Below, piece by piece: positions 11,811 through 24,261 of a stretch of 64,000 bases of DNA. The stretch spans positions 149,478 through 213,477 of the forward strand of contig NIVC01002012.1 in assembly GCA_002269645.1 (NCBI GenBank), read 5' to 3'. Below the pieces are notes generated by a model. That model was given only the letters and a program-made list of their open reading frames with translations. It was not told where the DNA came from and did not search any database. Origin of the DNA: Macrostomum lignano (Eukaryota). Both the position numbers and the translations under genes were made by a program. Numbering within the stretch: the first letter of the stretch is position 1; every line of letters begins with the position of its first letter.

Positions 11811-12124
11811 AAAAATTGCAGGTTGTGCTAACGGCCATGTCTGGTTTCAAAAGTGACGTCATAAACGTTACCGGAGTCGCTTCGGTAGTTGATTGTCTGG
11901 CTCTGTGCCAAGAGAACCTGGGCGTTCTCGCGGCCATGAGCAAAGCCGAGAAACTGTCGAATTGTCAAGGTTTTCGACGCGTTGAATTTGACGGGACCGC
12001 CCGGAGTTCACGCTGATCGACTGATTCAAGCGGAGCTCGGAGACCGCGTCTGGCTGGCTGAGAGCTTTGAAAGCCTCACGTTTAACTACTCGATTCGAGT
12101 GTTCACCAGTAATTATCACTGAAC

Positions 12125-12615
12125 TGATTGGGGATTATCACTGATTGGGGATTATCACTGATTGGGGATTATCACTAATTGGGGATTATCACTGATTGGG
12201 GATTATCACTGATTGGGGATTATCACTGATTGGGTATTATCACTGATTGGGGATTATCACTGATTGGGGATTATCACTGATTGGGGATTATCACTGATTG
12301 GGGATTATCACTGATTGGGGATTATCACTGATTGGGGATTATCACTGATTGGGGATTATCACTGATTGGGGATTATCACTGATTGGGGATTATCACTGAT
12401 TGGGGATTATCACTGATTGGGGATTATCACTGATTGGGGATTATCACTGATTGGGGATTATCACTGATTGGGGATTATCACTGATTGGGGATTATCACTA
12501 ATTGGGGATTATCACTGATTGGGGATTATCACTGATTGGGGATTATCACTGATTGGGGATTATCAATAATTGGGGATTATCACTGATTGGGGATTATCAC
12601 TGATTGGGGATTATC
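12125..12615. repeat. 17-bp minisatellite (ACTGATTGGGGATTATC)
   Basis: About 29 near-identical units. Confidence 0.95.
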
Positions 12616-14144
12616 ACGGAACTGAACTCCGCAAACAGCAGCTCCAGCAGGAACGGATCCATCCAGCTCGCTCTGATCAACGTCACCGGCTGCTACCGCA
12701 TCGAGGTGGCCGGAGCCAAAGGCGGCGACAACCCGTTCAAACCGACTCTGGGAGGTTTCGGCGCCGTCACAGCTGGCAGCTTCAACCTGACAGCCGGCAC
12801 CCGGCTCTCCATCGTGGTCGGACAAGCGGGAACTCCTGCTAGTTCGTCAGGAACCGGAGCCGGCGGCGGTGGAGGCAGCTTCGTGTACCGGACTGCGGAT
12901 CAGCGGCTGCTGATTGCGGCTGGCGGTGGCGGTGGCGGCTGCTCATCTAATCGAAAATTTGGTAACTCAATTCTCTTTTTTAAAGAAAAGTTGTGCTTTA
13001 AACTGACAAAGTCGTGCTTTTATTGACAAGGTGGACAACCCGGTCAGATGGGCACGGCTGGGACAGACTCCATCGGTGGTTTCGACTCAAACAAAGGCTT
13101 CGGTGGTGCGCCAACGGGCAGCCGGGGCTCAACAATCCGAACCGTACTGTGAGAAATGCGTTTCACGGCGGCTGCTGTGCCGGCTGGCTGGGCCGGGCCG
13201 TCAACCCGAGGCGAAGCTCTGGCGACGGCGAGCGAGGCGGCGATCTGGCCGACGGCTGGGTCGGCGGCAGAGCTGGAGACGAAGGCACCGGCGACGGCGG
13301 CTTCGGCGGCGGCGGCGGCGGCGGCGGCGGCACAGATTCGAACCGAAGAGGAGCCGGCGGAGCTGGCGGAGGCTTCAGCGGAGGCGGAGCCGGATTGGGT
13401 ATGTCTCATTCCGGAGGCTTCAGCGGAGGCGGAGCCGGATTGGGTATATCTCATTCCGGAGGCTTCAGCGGAGGCGGAGCCGGATTGGGTATGTCTCATT
13501 CCGGAGGCTTCAGCGGAGGCGGAGCCGGATTGGGTATGTCTCATTCCGGAGGCGGCGGCGGCTCGTTCTGCAGCGGCAGCGACTGCGCCACCGTGACGGG
13601 CGGCAACTCGGCCGACCCGCAGGGCCGCGTTGTACTGCGATTGCTGGCTGCTTCGTTCTGCTAGGGATTCAATTCGAAGCACTGTCGTCGGCAACTTTTA
13701 GAAGAGAGAACGCCGAGCAAAACAAACTCTGATCATTGATAGTCAACTACTTTTCCTTCAGAAAGTTTAGATAAACTTTTTGGATTTTACTGCTTTGGAT
13801 TTGCTTGTTATCAACGTTTCTCGACAACATTTTTGAAGCTTTACGACCAATGAGTTTTCGTACATCGATATAATAAAATAAGTGCATTCAAAAGAAATTA
13901 ATATTGTTCAAGTGTTGCTTATTTTGCTTGAAATACACGCGTTGCCAAGCACACTACTTTTAAGTAGACTGCTACGGAATTTTAATGCTTGCGCATGAGC
14001 TCCCGCACAGAACCCACCCACCCATTTTGCACCGGTCTCGAGTGTATAAAAGCTCTTAAATTGGTTCATTCTTTTCTCTCTGTCACTGCCTGATCTCTTT
14101 ACGCTCGTATCTTTGCTCGTATCTTTCTTAGAGAGGCTCTGAGC

Positions 14145-16305
14145 ATGGCAAATCAAACTGACTTACTCGCCGCCGTTCGCGCTGCCCTCAGCAACGCGGA
14201 TGCTGACAAGCTCCTTCCACTATGTCGCAAGCTGGAGTCAAACGTCGTCATCATCATCAACGGGCATGAGCAATCCGTCGCGCACCATGTTGCCGCTTTG
14301 CTCAATGGTATTCGCTGCGTTGAGGCGCTCATTAAAAAGCTGGGACCGGGCTGTCTCACCTGCATAAACAAGAGCTACAACACCCACGTGCACCTGGCCG
14401 CCCTGTACCAAGAGCAGGACTGGATGAAAGTCATACATCGAGCCCTCGGTTCCGATTGCTTCCATCAGCCGGGTCAATTCCAGCGCACTGCCATCCACTG
14501 GGCTGCCGAGAACAAACTGAGCAACTCCTCGCTCAAATGGCTGGTGAAAAAGCTCGGCACTGCTTGCCTCTCCGTTCGAGACGAGCACGGCAACACTCCC
14601 GTCCACCTGGCCGCCTTGTGTCAGGGCGAAGACTCGATGCATTTCTTCAAGTCAGTTTTGGGCTCCGACTGCTTCCATCAGCCGGGCCAGTTTCAACGGT
14701 CCGCCATCCACTGGGCAGCTACAAACGGAGTGAATAACGCCACTTGGAAATGGCTGGTTAGTGACTGCGGAAGCGACTGTCTTACCGTTAAGGACGAGCA
14801 CGAGAACACGCCCATCCATCTCGCAGCTTGGAGGCAGGGCGAAGAATCGATTAAGATTTGCGCGGCGCAGCTCGGCTTCGAATGCTTCCACCAGGAAGGC
14901 CAGCACGGGCGCACCGCCGTCCACTTCGCCGCCATGAACGAGCTCTACAACAGCAGTCTCGAAGTTCTTATTTCAATTTGCGGTCCGAAATGCTTGTCAG
15001 TTAAAGACTCATATGGTACGACACCTGCTCACCTCGCTGCCCAATACAAAGACCTCGACTCGTTGCGCCTCGTTGTAAAATCTTTGGGCGACTCCGTTTT
15101 TGAACTCGTCGATAACGAGGGCAAGACGGTGGCTGACTACGCCGAGAACAACGCTGAACACAGGCACCGAATGCTCCAGTGGATCCAAGAGTACCGGAGG
15201 CAGCAACAGTCGCTGCCGGAGAAGATGGACGACCTGCAGTTGCAGAAACAGCAACAGGAGTCGCCTAACAAAGACGGACAAGGACCGGCTAAAAAGTAAG
15301 GCCCAGACTGCCTGTCCCCCATTTGTCCTTCGGTGGCATTTCAAACGTAAACTATTTTACTTTCCAGGTTGAAGATAGACCCGAACTTCACCAAGTGGGA
15401 TTTTCTACTCGACGGCCAGGGCAAGAAGCAGAAGATCGGCGAAGGCGCATTCGGCAAGGTGTACAAAGCCTTAACTGACAAACACCAGACTGTGGCAGTC
15501 AAGATTGTCTACTTGCAGGCCAACGGCGGCACCGAGTCTGTCAACGCGGCCATCGAGCGGGAACTTTTCGAAGTCTCCATCCTGAGAGGCATGCAGCATC
15601 ATAACATTTTGAAGTTCATCAAGGCGGAGCGCTACAAAAAACACATGCTGAGCATCTTCACTGAGCTCATCGCTGGCCAGAGTCTCTATGATTTGATGCA
15701 GAAGCAGCAAAAGCCGTTTGATGAATCTGCTGTCAAGGACTTTTCAAGACAAGTGAGCATTAAGTTTTGTTTTAAACAAGTTGTATTATAATGCTTGCCT
15801 TCATTTATGTTATCAAAACTATTACTCGATTTTACAGATTTGCACAGCCCTCAACTACCTGCACAATCGCGATCCAGCCACGCTGCACCGGGACATCAAG
15901 TGCAGCAATATCATGCTCAACCACAAAGGCGTCATCAAGCTAATCGATTTCGGTCTGGCCAAGGAGATTCTCACTAGCATCGTTGGCAGCTACACTTTCT
16001 GTGGCACCGTCTGTTTCATGGCCCCCGAGCTGTTCAGCAACGAGACCACAATCGTGTACTCGCCCAAGAGTGACGTGTGGGCGTTTGGCTGCACAGTTTT
16101 CGAAATGCTAACCATGGATCCTCCCAATGGTGAGCTGGATTTCACCCTGATCCCAGACAGGATCATCAACTGCGCTATGCCAGATCTACCAAGAAGTGTC
16201 TCAGGCAGTCTGTGGGATTTCTACCTGCGCTGCGTGCTGAGGGATCCCAGGGGCCGGGCGGATACCGAGGAACTGCTCCAGCACGAGTTTCTGAGCGATG
16301 GCTGA
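14145..16305 (+). CDS. Ankyrin-repeat protein fused to a STE11/MAP3K-like Ser/Thr kinase; join(14145..15295,15368..15752,15838..16305)
   Basis: ANK repeats (TPVHLAA, TAIHWAA, TPAHLAA). Both introns are GT-AG and phase-consistent (AA|G Lys; RQ|ICTALNYLH). Kinase motifs GEGAFGKVY, VAVK, HRDIKCSN, DFG, GTVCFMAPE and DVWAFG are all intact. Confidence 0.9.
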
Positions 16306-16409
16306 CAACACTTCGAAAGTTTGAAACCATGCTTTTTGTAAAGATTTTACAATGAAACTAAATTATTATGATATAATTTTACAGCACTAATTTGTAGCCG
16401 TGAACCATC

Positions 16410-17252
16410 AGAGACATGTTCCTGAGCATGAGTCACCATCAGAGAGATGTTCCCGAGCATGAGTCACCATCAGAGAGATGTTCCCGAGCATGAGTCACCA
16501 TAGAGAGATGTTTCCGAGCATGAGTCACCATCAGAGAGATGTTCCCGAGCATGAGTCACCATCAGAGAGATGTTCCCGAGCATGAGTCACCATAGAGAGA
16601 TGTTCCCGAGCATGAGTCACCATAGAGAGATGTTCCCGAGCATGAGTCACCATAGAGAGATGTTCCCGAGCATGAGTCACCATCAGAGAGATGTTCCCGA
16701 GCATGAGTCACCATAGAGAGATGTTCCCGAGCATGAGTCACCATAGAGAGATGTTCCCGAGCATGAGTCACCATAGAGAGATGTTCCCGAGCATGAGTCA
16801 CCATAGAGAGATGTTCCCGAGCATGAGTCACCATAGAGAGATGTTCCCGAGCATGAGTCACCATAGAGAGATGTTCCCGAGCATGAGTCACCATAGAGAG
16901 ATGTTCCCGAGCATGAGTCACCATAGAGAGATGTTCTTGAGCATGAGTCACCATAGAGAGATGTTCTTGAGCATGAGTCACCATAGAGAGATGTTCCCGA
17001 GCATGAGTCACCATAGAGAGATGTTCTTGAGCATGAGTCACCATAGAGAGATGTTCTTGAGCATGAGTCACCATAGAGAGATGTTCCCGAGCATGAGTCA
17101 CCATAGAGAGATGTTCCCGAGCATGAGTCACCATAGAGAGATGTTCCCGAGCATGAGTCACCATAGAGAGATGTTCTTGAGCATGAGTCACCATAGAGAG
17201 ATGTTCTTGAGCATGAGTCACCATAGAGAGATGTTCTTGAGCATGAGTCACT
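16410..17252. repeat. 30-bp minisatellite (CATGAGTCACCATAGAGAGATGTTCCCGAG)
   Basis: About 28 tandem units. Confidence 0.95.
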
Positions 17253-17639
17253 AGATTGATGTTATTAACCCAAGTATGTACTCGTACCTGCACAAATACT
17301 GTATTGACTGAAAGTGTTAAGTTACTCTAGTATATTTTTTATGTTTGTTTTATTACTAGACCACTATTTGATATTCAAACAGAAAATTTCACCTTCTGAA
17401 AACCACGAGCAGCTTTGCTCAAAAATGTTAATTTTATTGCCCCAAAATATATTAGCTTCTGTATCACCTGAAAAACTTGTTATTACCACTTTAACACATT
17501 TGTGCTTAAAACGCAAAAAGAGAAAAAATTACATGTAAGTAAAATTGTAAATATGTAAAAATTAAAATGTTTTGAGCAAAAATTTAGTTCGATTTTGTAG
17601 TTACAATATCAAACGGTTCGACAATGACAATGGGAACGA

Positions 17640-18765
17640 CAGAGAGACAGGGGGAGAGACGAAGGGAGAGAGACGAAGGGAGAGAGGGAGACAAGGGGAG
17701 AGGGAGACAAGGGAGAGAGAGACAAGGGGAGAGAGAGACAGGGGAGAGAGAGACAGGGGAGAGAGAGACAGGCGAGAGAGAAACAGGGGAGAGAGAGACA
17801 GGGGAGAGAGAGACAGGGGAGAGAGAGACAGGCGAGAGAGAAACAGGGGAGAGAGAGACAGGGGAGAGAGAGACAGGGGAGAGAGAGACAGGCGAGAGAG
17901 AAACAGGGGAGAGAGAGACAGGGGAGAGAGAGACAGGGGAGAGAGAGACAGGGGAGAGAGAGACAGGGGAGAGAGAGACAAGGGGAAAGGGATACAATGG
18001 AGAAGGAGTCTGAGGGAGAGAGGGAGACTGAGGGGAAGACGGAGACTGAGGGAGAGAGGGAGACAGAGGGGGAGACAGAGGGGGAGACAGAGGAGGAGAC
18101 AGAGGGGGAGACAGAGGGGGAGACAGAGGGGGAGACAGAGGGGGAGACAGAGGGGGAGACAGAGGGGGAGACAGAGGGGGAGACAGAGGGGGAGACAGAG
18201 GGGGAGACAGAGGAGGAGACAGGGGGGAGACAGAGGGGGATACAGAGGGGGAGACAGAGGGGGAGACAGAGGGGGAGACAGAGGGGGAGACAGAGGGGGA
18301 GACAGAGGAGGAGACAGAGGGGGAGACAGAGGGGGAGACAGAGGAGGAGACAGAGGGGGAGACAGAGGGGGAGAGGAAAACTGAGGAGAGAGGGAGACAG
18401 AAGGGGAGAGGGAGACAGAGGGGGAGAGGGAGACAGAGGGAGAGAGGGAGACAGAGGGGGAGAGGGAGACAGAGGGGGAGAGGGAGACTGAGGGAGAGAG
18501 GGAGACAGAGGGGGAGAGGGAGACAGAGGGGGAGAGGGAGACTGAGGGAGAGAGGGAGACAGAGGGGGAGAGGGAGACAGAGGGGGAGAGGGAGACTGAG
18601 GGAGAGAGGGAGACAGAGGGGGAGAGGGAGACAGAGGGGGAGAGGGAGACTGAGGGAGAGAGGGAGACAGAGGGGGAGAGGGAGACAGAGGGGGAGAGGG
18701 AGACAGAGGGGGAGAGGGAGACAGAGGAGGAGAGGGAAACTGAGGGAGAGAGGGGAGACAGGGAG
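17640..18765. repeat. GA-rich composite tract (several subunit types)
   Basis: GAGAGAGACAGGG, GAGACAGAGGGG and GAGAGGGAGACAGAGGGG blocks. Confidence 0.95.
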
Positions 18766-19327
18766 AAACGAAATACTGTATATGTGAATGCCGTAGTTTG
18801 CAGAAATTGCGAGTGGCAAACACGCAAGCACGTTATATCAGCTAAAACGCAGCCTCAAACTGTTTCATTTTAAAGTAATCTTTTTCTTTAAAATGAAGTG
18901 GCCGAAGCTCAGTGTGAGAAGGCCAGGCTTTAGGTTTCTCGCGCCATATTTGTTACGAATGAGCACAAAATATTTTTTGTACTGAAATTCGGCTCGGCAA
19001 AAAGTTCAAGACAGTAAAAATAGAAACTGAAACTCATGAGGCTAAGAGCTAGAGATGGTTGAGATTGTCAGAGACACTTGACAATAGGACAGGCCTTGAG
19101 GTAAGAAATAAGACACATTTTTTCGGAGAGAGTTTAATGGGTCCAGTGTGCAAGAGTGGCAGGGGGGTTCTATTACAGAAGAGACTGCAGGCGCATCTCC
19201 CAGGTACGAGCTATGCCCCGCATCTCATATGCACCTATGCTACATAGCTCTGTCTTACTAAGTATACAAATTTTGATTTCCAAGTTTCTGTTGCAACTTT
19301 TTGAAGAATAGACTGTTCCTGCGAATA
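18765..19327. mobile_element. Dispersed repeat 'A', copy 2
   Basis: Colinear with 5760-6324 and again directly right of a GA tract. Confidence 0.75.
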
Positions 19328-19382
19328 TTGGTACTTATAGTACAGTGGATCGTTTTACAACGAATAAAAATATTTACCGCAC

Positions 19383-19624
19383 AGGCAGTCAGTCAGTCAG
19401 TCAGTCAGTCAGTCAGTCAGTCAGTCAGTCAGTCAGTCAGTCAGTCAGTCAGTCAGTCAGTCAGTCAGTCAGTCAGTCAGTCAGTCAGTCAGTCAGTCAG
19501 TCAGTCAGTCAGTCAGTCAGTCAGTCAGTCAGTCAGTCAGTCAGTCAGTCAGGCAGTCAGTCAGTCAGTCAGTCAGTCAGTCAGGCAGTCAGTCAGTCAG
19601 TCAGTCAGTCAGTCAGTCAGTCAG
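19383..19624. repeat. (TCAG)n microsatellite
   Basis: Direct reading. Confidence 0.98.
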
Positions 19625-20105
19625 GATCAGAACATCTCCTTAGTTGGAGGAATATATTCGGTCGAATGATTTTGGTGTCATTTGTTTCGTGGGGAGGCAA
19701 CAGGACAGAAAATGTTTTGCTTGTTCACCAATTTCTGCTTTCCATCTTCTCCCTCCCTGCCTGGGTCTCCATTAACTACCATTTTACTCATCTATTTGCT
19801 CGCAAAGATGCTGTAAAAGATGGAGCTCATAACTGACGGGCAATGCAGCTAGATGTGGTAAAGAAGCTACAACTTGATGAATGTTGACTCAAGAACATCT
19901 TAAGTCTACTTGAGAATTTCTTGTGTTGACTTACTGGAGCATCCGTTGTGATATCCGTAGCACCCCACCCCCTGTTTGATGTCAATCAACAAATGGAGCT
20001 TTTAAATTGGCAACCGAATCAGGCGTGAGGAAGCTTAATTCTTGGTCCCAGACGGAACCAGACAGACACACCTGCAGGACCTGAGCCCCAACCCTTCTTA
20101 GTCTG

Positions 20106-22114
20106 ATGTTGGTCACGAAGTTTTCTCTGCTGATTTTGGTCAGCTTAGCTTCACTTGTTGCTCGCGGCGGTAAGTTCGGGTGAGCTGTCTAAATTTTTTA
20201 TAGTTAGAAATTGAAACTAGCCATCATAGCCCAGTATAATTTTTATCGAGCTAAAACTGTTCTAAAGCAACGCACATCACCTTTCAATGAATACTTGCTT
20301 AATGCTTTCTTCATGGAAGAAGACAGCTGTCAAAGAAATACAGTTAAAACCGTTCGTGCTTTGTTTAAGTCTTCAAGCTCCACAATTTATACGTCCACAA
20401 TCCCGTACAGCAATAACAAATATGCACTTTTGCACCGACGTTTAGACGAAGTATGATGTCGAGGCTAAAGGGTACAGTTCCTTCTTTGCCAAAGCGTCAT
20501 AACGCCTGTTTGTACTATACTTCATAGCACTTTGGCTGGGCACCCAAACCGACCCTACTTACTATGAACTATACATACTTGAAGTATTTTGTACCTGGCT
20601 GCTATACATTTTATTCGGAAGTTTGACAAATTTATTTATCAAACCACAGTAGTGTTTAAATCAGAGCACACATGAACTGCTGCTCCACAGTCACAGCCGG
20701 CAAAGAGTCCCAGCTGAAGGTCGGTCGCGTCATCGCCTCAACAAAAGTCATCCTGCTCAACTCAAGCATCAAAAGTGACGTCTTGAACGTGACTGAAGTC
20801 CAAAGCAGCATTGAGTGCTTGGCTCTGTGCCAAGTAAAGCGCTGCGTTCTGGCAGTGCTCAACAAGGTGATGCAAATCTGTCGACTTGTCATCGTCTTCG
20901 ACTCTCTGAAGTCTGCGGCACCTCCAGGAGCTCATGTGGGTCGGCATCTCGGAGCGGAGACTGGAGACAGAGTCTGGGTCGCTGAGGACTTTGCTGCTAC
21001 AATTGCGAGGAACTCGAAGCGAACCTTTCTGAGTGAGCACTTTTGAGACCTTCTTCTGAAAAGCTGTTCAAAATTTGCTGAAGACACTGTGAAGTTTCAA
21101 GTTTTCTATGACTATTCAAACCCTTATCGTTGCTTATCTTCGAGTTTTCATAGTTTTAATTAAAGGCAGCTTTTATCCTCTGAGCGAGAAAATATCGAAC
21201 CTGAACTCCGCAGACAGCAGCTCAGGCAAGAATGGCTCCATCCAGCTCGCTCTGATCAACGTCACCGGCTGCTACCGCATCGTGGTGGCCGGAGCCAAAG
21301 GCGGCGACAACCCGTTCACTGGGGGTGGTGGAGGTTTCGGCGCCGTCACAGCTGGCAGCTTCAACCTGACAGCCGGCACCCAGCTCTCTATCGTGGTCGG
21401 GCAGGCGGGCGGCTCTGCTAACTTGAGCACATCGGGAGCTGGCGGCGGCGGAGGCAGCTTTGTGTACCGGACTGCGGATCAGCACCTGCTGATAGCGGCT
21501 GGTGGCGGCGGCGGCTGCTCCTGTTGCAAAAACGGTGGGTCTTTAATTGATAACAAAATTGAAAATAGCGTGCCTCTATTTTTACTTGTTCATGCAGACC
21601 ACTTTTATAAAACATTTTTACAGGTGTTTCCGGCAAAAGGGACCAAAATGGTGCGGATTCGAATGGTAATAAAATCCTCAAAAGTGGACTGGGAGGAATC
21701 AATGGTCGGCCTGGTTTCAACGAACCAAACAAAACTAAAGAACTGCTGTGCCACGGCGGCTGCGGCGCCGGCTGGCTTGGCAGGGCCGTCAATCCAAGGC
21801 GATGCTCCTGCGACGGCGAGAGAGGCGGCGGTCTGGCCGACGGCTGGGCCGGCGGCAGCGCCGGAGAGAGCGGCACCGGTGACGGCGGCTTCGGTGGAGG
21901 CGGCGGCGGAGGCGGCAACGCTACCTCCCCGGGCGCTGCCGGAGCTGGCGGCGGCTTCAGTGGAGGCGGAGCCGGTGTGGGCCGCAATCAAGCCGGAGGC
22001 GGCGGCGGCTCGTTCTGCAGCGGCAGCGACTGCGCCGGCGTCACCGGAGGCAACTCAGCTGGCGAACACGGATGGGTGACCCTGCGACTGCTGGCTGCCG
22101 GAACCTGCGAATGA
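20106..22114 (+). CDS. Secreted signal peptide + PAN/apple-like + ALK/LTK-type glycine-rich domain protein, apparently intact; join(20106..20169,20691..21032,~21154..~21535,~21624..22114)
   Basis: Signal exon MLVTKFSLLILVSLASLVARG|GTAAGT. The PAN-like exon reads SSIECLALCQVKRCVLAVLNKVMQICRL. GRD exons carry YRIVVAGAKGG, SIVVGQAGG, AGGGGGSFVY, GGCGAGW, DGGFGGGGGG and GGGFSGGG..GGGGSF. Phase-1 introns; stop at 22112-22114; no TM or kinase region. Confidence 0.8.
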
Positions 22115-23667
22115 ATGCGAGATAGCCGCGATCAGACGCGATTCAATTTGAAGAACTTTTGAAAATTTTGAAAATTACAAAACTTGTTTAATGATAAGCT
22201 TTAGTAATAACTTGATAAAGCTGTTGGTGTAAAACTTTAGATTTAGCTACAGTTTTTATGAAGCGAATATATAAAATTTTCTTCCAAAAGAGCAGTCAAA
22301 ACCCGGGACCGTATTCTGGTTTGCTCATGCTGGGTTTGAATTAAACTGTCAAGTTGGTTTCTGTCCGTTTCAACCTCACTTTTTCTATTTTCTAGACAAT
22401 ATCCCAGTTGGTAAGGTAGTTTATTTGATAAATTATCCACGATATATTGAATATTTGCCCCAAAGCTTGGCTAAAATGCAATTTACGAGTATTGACTTGG
22501 AAATTTGTCAAATTAAAGCTGGGGTTGGATAATTCGACTTTCAATGCTTACTCAAATAACTAAGCTAACAATGATGCTAGTTTGGCTTTGGTCTACAGGA
22601 TTAGTTTTAGCAGAAAACTATAGCAATCTAGAGCCCGCCACGAAAAAAACTTTTGTTCCCTGCTATTAAGAAGCTGGCTCATTACATGCAATAGGCGAGT
22701 TCTAAGCTAATATCAGCTGAAATGAGACAGCAGCTAAAAAAACATAAACGGACCGTTCGGGGACTCGAGCTGGAGCAGCTGGGAATGACATGCGTCGTTG
22801 CTTGTTGGGTGCCAAAGATGATTCAAACTGGTGCCTGTGTTCTATGCTCGTACTCAGTCCTCTAAATCCTCTAAATTTATTACACTGCGCTAATATTAAC
22901 CAAAATTTATGCGAAAACAGGAGCTATTATTAATTTTTGTTAACTTTACTGTTTTTAAAACAACAATATTACGTCCACCAAATCTCCGTGAATTTATTTT
23001 ATGTTTTAACAAAACCTGAATGAGAAAAATAAAAAGACATTTTTACTCCGATAAGGCAAGTTTGCGTATTTAAGATAATATAATTGGTTTATTATAAGCA
23101 TAACAAAAAATTGACAATAATGTCTTACACTGATTTAGTAAATGTAATAAGCATTGTTGCAGAACATTATCGAGAAGGGTACAGACGACAGAAAAGGTAT
23201 TTCGATTGTTTCATAGAAAACATAATAAACACGAAAGTGCTGAATAATGACAAATAGAAATAGACAACTAATAAATAAATGATTAAACAAATTTTCGCTG
23301 AATTGCAATACGATTATTTATAAATTAACGGGGCCTTTTAAAACAAAGACGCTCACGCTTTGAGAGAAATAAAAAGTACAGTCATTACGCAATAGTTATT
23401 GTTCAGACAATGTATTTAGACCATAAATAAGTGCAGACGTCACATTAATGAAAGTTTTATTTTATTCATAAAAAAACAAAAATTAAACTTTCTTCGATAA
23501 ATGACCAACATTAACTTCGCTTTTGAAAATATTTCCATCGATCTAATTGTTAGTTTTAATCGTTAAAAATATTTTTTTAAAATTAAAAAAAGACAATATT
23601 CCTTCACTTTCAAAAGTACGAGTACATTGCTACAAATTAAACGACTGGTTTTTTGTGTTTAATATTA

Positions 23668-23930
23668 GGGCAGAGGAGCTCAGACGGGTAAACGCGCCTG
23701 ACTCTCGCTCCAAAATCCCTGGTTCGATTACATGAGCGGCCGCATTCATTTGGGGCTTGTGCGAACGAACATTGGCCGAAAAACAGGGGCGATTGTAGTG
23801 CGATTCATGAAACCATGCGGGCCAACACACCCTCACAGACACGCAGAGACATGCCTAACGATTAGAAGGTGAGAGTGAGTACATGCATGCTCAGGAGTCA
23901 GCGGAATGGGCAGAGTTGTCTCAGCCAGAG
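23668..23930 (+). mobile_element. Diverged member of tRNA-derived SINE family 2
   Basis: tRNA-like head with GGTTCGATT; shares CATGCCTAAC and GCTCAGGAGTCAGCGGAATGGGCAG with 36832-37185. Confidence 0.5.
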
Positions 23931-23988
23931 CTGGTTGTGAGACGATTTCACCAAAAAAGGATTGCGTCACTGGGTTGTTCAATTATCT

Positions 23989-24235
23989 GGGATTGCAGCC
24001 TAATGGTCAGAGCGTCGGACTCCCGACTTGAAGGTCGGGGGTTCGATTCCCGACCCACTCGGAACAATTTGTGTCCTTGAGCAAGACACTTAACTCTGCA
24101 TTGCTTCAGTTCACCCAGCTGTAAAATGGGTACCAGCATTAGCTGGGGGTGATTCGAGACTGTGTGTAGCGACCCCCCAGTCCTTGGACTGAACAGCCGT
24201 ACGCAGCCTTCACATGCGCCGCGCAATAGCTGCAC
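23989..24235 (+). mobile_element. tRNA-derived SINE with a CORE-like central domain (family 1)
   Basis: A box GCAGCCTAATGGTCAGAG and B box GGTTCGATTCC, then TGTGTCCTTGAGCAAGACACTTAACTCTGCATTGCTTCAGTTCACCCAGCTGTAAAATGGG, which resembles the MIR/CORE consensus. Two more copies lie in the window. Confidence 0.75.
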
Positions 24236-24261
24236 ATCTAGCCCGATTGGGGCAGTTGTAA

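Larger units (their letters stand above)
10074..13664 (+). pseudogene. Signal peptide + PAN-like + ALK/LTK glycine-rich gene, disrupted copy
   Basis: Signal exon 10074-10125 (MNFTALILCFTIIINVFG|GTAAGT); exon 2 starts at 11821. Lesions: a 38-bp deletion at about 11847 relative to the copy at 721, a frameshift at about 11958, a 17-bp array at 12125-12615, and a frameshift at about 13110. GRD motifs YRIEVAGAKGG, LSIVVGQAG, GGGGGSFVY and LLIAAGGGGG are present. Confidence 0.8.

Noticed and set aside
10074-16305. Split ALK receptor (GRD gene plus adjacent kinase)
   Set aside because: The kinase has Ser/Thr STE-type motifs (HRDIKCSN, APE) and its own ANK N-terminus; it is not a receptor tyrosine kinase.
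16410-17252. CRISPR-like array (also 35330-35870 and 38880-39266)
   Set aside because: The units are contiguous with no unique spacers and no cas genes, in a eukaryotic context.
17412-17582. Imperfect ~22-bp inverted repeat (TTTGCTCAAAA / TTTTGAGCAAA)
   Set aside because: It is short and AT-rich with no TSD or second copy, so it is compatible with chance.
21108-22079. 323-aa single ORF from the track (Ala-rich C-terminus)
   Set aside because: It reads through an intron into the wrong frame; the spliced Gly-rich frame matches the paralogs.
23989-24065. Functional tRNA gene (also 36832 and 41930-42000)
   Set aside because: The acceptor stems are poor and the heads run into shared SINE bodies present in several copies.
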